Assembly (NCBI GenBank): GCA_964247055.1
Contig: OZ176052.1
Span: 1,984,001 to 2,048,000, forward strand
From: Paragordius varius
Lineage: Eukaryota > Animalia > Nematomorpha
Reading direction: 5' to 3'
DNA: 64,000 nucleotides
Shown: piece by piece, positions 60,701 to 64,000 of the stretch
Numbering within the stretch: position 1 is the stretch's first letter
How the letters are laid out: each line of letters begins with the position of its first letter
Translations under genes and position numbers: made by a program
The notes under the pieces: model-generated
Seen by the model: the letters and a program-made list of their open reading frames with translations, nothing else
Database searches by the model: none
What the model was told of the DNA's origin: nothing

Positions 60701-63425
60701 ACATTCAAATCATTTTTAAACTTTTTATTAAAAAAACTATGGGTACTATTTCTTATAAATCTTTTCAATAACGGCAAAAAATTAAGGTTTTAAACAATTT
60801 TTTTATATATTTTATACATGACAAATGGATTAACAAAAATTTTAACATAAAATTATTTAAAGTTAAGACAAACATATACTTTTAATGGGATAACTGTATT
60901 ACAGACGGCTAAAACTGTCAAAAACTGGCGCATTAATTTTGATTGTTCATTCGAATTCCGCAAGTCTTCAGCAAATTTTGGATCCTCATATACGGTGTCT
61001 TTTTCGTTTTGATTACTAAAACATTAATGATTAATAATTAATTTATGAAAATAATATTTAATGTTGTAATAAATTGACAAAAAAACTGCTAAGCTGCGAT
61101 TAAATTTAGATAGGGAGGGTCTAATATCAATATTAGAATATAATATTATATCAAAGAAAATTAATGACATATTTTGGTTTCAACAAATTATTTTGATTAA
61201 AAAAATATAAAATTTATATAAAAAATTAATTATACTATTTACCTTACCATTTCATTAAAAAATTTTATGTTAACATCTTGAAATTTGACACATATATTTT
61301 TTATAATTTTATTTTTATACTAAATATTAATGGGTTACTCTACCCATTATTCCTATAACCATATATAACAATTTTAAATATTAGAGAATAAAAAATTACC
61401 CATATATAATTCCACCGATGGTACATTTTTTAAACTCCATTTCATTGCGTGTTAATGTTCCCGTTTTGTCAGAAAACACATATTTTATCTGATGAATAAA
61501 AGGAAAATATATATATTAAGTTTAATTATTAATTTAACCGTAAAAATGAAAAAAAATTAATATTCAAAATTTAAATTTATTAAAATAACTGAAAAAGATT
61601 TAAATTTTATAGATTTATAAAAAAATTAAAATACCTCGCCTAATTCCTCGTTAAGACTAGACGTTCGTGCGGTTGCATACATTTTCGTTTCTTTATCATA
61701 CATATCACTATCCTAAATGTGTACATTTCAAAAATTTAGGTATAATAATTCAATCGGATTCCAAAAATATTATTAAATAAAGATAATTTTTATTGACATA
61801 AAATATATATTGCTAATTTTTTATTAGATATGTTAGATAGTAATTACATTAAAAAGAGCCATCGTTAATAATTTTTAACCTATACAAAAAATGTATTTTT
61901 CCCTCTTTATTGCATTATATCAGAGGTGTCCAACACGTCCCTCCAAGGATCTATATGAGGCCCGCAAAAATATTTGAAAATCCATTATAATTTCCAAAAA
62001 TATGCTCACACAATATTAATAAAATTAATATTTTTAACAAATTATTAGTTAAAGTCTAAAACAAAACACTTAAAAAAATTTTTTATATCGTGTTTGCATT
62101 TTACAGTTTTTTATGTTTGAAATCTATTAAAATAATAATTAACGTCCATCCATATTTCGAATACAGCTCGTCGGAATGTATTGTACACGCCTGGTCCAAT
62201 AAATAAATTTTAGCTTTTACGATTTGTCTTAAGAATTTCAATTTTAACCGTAAATTTCAAGGATTTAGCCAGAAAAACCCAATATAAATCCATAAAAATA
62301 TATAAAAAATATTTTAATTTAAGTTATAAAAATCTAAAACATACCACATTAATAAAATAGGCTTGGAAAAATCGTATAACTTCCACGGTAACTTGCAGGC
62401 TTATAGGTATAAGATTGTTGTATAAAATGACAAAAGTCAAAAATATGTATCCAAAATTACTCGTCACCATTTCTATAAATAGCAAATAAAAAACGGTTAA
62501 TAAATTTATTTAAAAAATGCATTAAAATAATTTTATATAAAACCTACAACTTGATTGCATTTTTAAATACACTGCTAATATAATATTTGCGCATTTTTAA
62601 TTAAAATTAAATAAAAAGATATCTGACCAATATCACTCATTACAAATAGTTTAAACGTCATCATTAAAATTGTCGCCTATATCTCTTTAAAATATTACAG
62701 CAAAACAGAATGATCTTACGTTAAAATCAAGCTAATAAAACCGACCCATTTAAATATCGCTCCAAAAAACATGAATTCTTTAATAGTATGAATTCTCAAA
62801 TGAATATGATCATTAGGTTCATAACTATATAAGTTATATGTAATATTAAACTATCTCGTAAAAAACATCAATCCATGATTTAGGCTATATAAATAAGCTC
62901 ATAAATGCCCATATCTTTGTGATTCAGAACACACCAGTTAACAATCTTTTTATGCTCAAAATATAGGTTCAACGCAAAAAGTGCGGTCAATATCTAGGAA
63001 ACTTTACTGAAAAAACCGAATAATCTTAAGTTTTTGAAAATCACATCTCTCTACAAGAGTAAAATATTTCTTTGAAAAACACAACAATGCTTTATTAAAA
63101 CACCAATTTTCCCTAGTATAAACTATACCCGAATAAAAACGATCCTTTATATGTCCAATCCTTTCTGCCGTAATATTTCCGTCGTGTTGAAGGGTATCCT
63201 CCCATTCCCCAACCCCACCCATATATTCAGCCTCCTCGGGTTTATGATCGTAATAATGGTAAGGATCAAAACTGCCATTAAAGAATTGTGGACCAATAGA
63301 AGTTTGACCCGGTGAGGGTATAAACTTATTGGCTATTGTTGATGTCGACGTTTCAGCCTGTATTTTCTCAAGTTTTCGTCGAATAAATCGTGGCACTTTG
63401 TTGGGATTTGCCGTGTACCAGGATG
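47303..63425 (-). CDS. ATP8A: P4-type ATPase phospholipid flippase, ATP8A-like; 5' exons lie beyond the window
   Basis: Exons encode [14 protein letters not shown] (62472-62345), [24 protein letters not shown] (phospho-Asp codon 61470-61468), [68 protein letters not shown] and the final TM exons. Last exon 47449-47303 ends in TAA. Confidence 0.92.
51170..51461. mobile_element. Palindromic Tc1/mariner-type MITE
   Basis: TA-CAGTAAAAACTAAAATTATAC...GTATAATTTTAATTTTCACTG-TA. Confidence 0.7.
52502..52825. mobile_element. Chimeric foldback MITE (family B left tip, family A body)
   Basis: Starts TACCATTTGCACTTCAAGAGTGTCCTTGAACACTTCAA as at 17001, then continues with family A repeats and ends GTAAATGGTA. 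It sits within (TA)n. Confidence 0.75.
54656..54908. mobile_element. Foldback MITE family A copy, left tip missing
   Basis: AATTCACCCTTGAACAATTCA...TTGAATTGTAAATGGTA. Confidence 0.7.
55694..56068. mobile_element. Foldback MITE family A copy with expanded right-arm repeats
   Basis: TATACCATTTACAATTCGAA...TTCGAACTGCAAATGGTATA; about 7 right-arm units versus 3 on the left. Confidence 0.8.
56830..56878. repeat. (TA)n microsatellite
   Basis: Pure TA run. Similar runs lie at ~18285-18312, 18550-18590, 23445-23468, 48047-48078, 57644-57698 and 60537-60558. Confidence 0.95.
61921..62193. mobile_element. hAT-like MITE remnant
   Basis: CAGAGGTGTCCAAC at the left end and TTGTACACGCCTG at the right end form an imperfect TIR. 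No matching TSD. Confidence 0.45.
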
Positions 63426-63465
63426 CTATGCATTAAAATAAAAAAGTGAAAAAAAATTTTTAACA

Positions 63466-63656
63466 TACCATTTTTTTCAGTCAAAACGCAACATTTTTGT
63501 TCAAGCAAAAGCAACATTTTTGTTCAAGCAAATGCAAAATTTTAATTGCCTTTGCTTGAAAAAATGTTGCGTTTGCTTGATAAAAAATGTTGCTTTTAGA
63601 CAAAAAAATGTTGAGTTTCGTTGAACAAATGTTGCGTTTCGTTGAAAAATATGGTA
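63466..63656. mobile_element. Foldback MITE family C
   Basis: TACCATTTTTTTC...GAAAAATATGGTA, with inverted tandem GCAACATTTTTGTTCAAGCAAAA units. Confidence 0.7.
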
Positions 63657-64000
63657 TATATGTATATTTAATCAATTTTTTAATGGTTTAATGTTATTAA
63701 ATTCGTAAAATATGGAGAAATTGATAGCTATCAATTTATTTTTGTCGTTATGTAATGTGTAATTTGCCAAATATATAATACATGAATGGTAATTATACAT
63801 ATTTTTTGTATTTAATAACACTTTTTTTTATGGGAAAATATTATAATTCATTTGTGGTTGATTATGTATAAAAGATGTAAAAATATATATACCATTTTAA
63901 TAATAATTATGTGTAAGGCATATAGCTTTTTATAAAAACGGGTTAATTTATCGTGCAAACCTTTTCAGGATATTTTTTCCAAATAAAACTTTTTTTTCAC

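Overview
This is very AT-rich, intron-rich eukaryotic nuclear DNA. The gene families look animal, but the species cannot be determined from the sequence alone. I assembled six protein-coding genes by hand from GT-AG exons. (1) A GPx4/PHGPx-type selenoprotein (+, 6016-6963) with an in-frame TGA at the catalytic position and a SECIS hairpin just after the stop; the ORF track misses it. (2) Its tandem Cys paralog (+, 9565-10204), whose four introns are only 24-26 nt. (3) UQCC1/Cbp3 (-). (4) DEGS1 sphingolipid desaturase (+), head-to-head with UQCC1 with only 42 bp between the start codons. (5) SEL1L/Hrd3 (-, about 21 kb). (6) A 5'-truncated ATP8A-type P4-ATPase flippase (-) with large insertions. 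Introns are bimodal: minimal 24-30 nt introns coexist with kb-scale introns filled by MITEs, Helitron-like elements and tandem arrays. The most unusual structure is in SEL1L, where three tandem arrays are amplified copies of the gene's own splice junctions. One array holds about 15 copies of an exon end plus donor, seven of which still read as in-frame 57-nt AG...GT cassette micro-exons. No rRNA, tRNA or CRISPR array was recognised. All exon models are manual and need RNA-seq confirmation.
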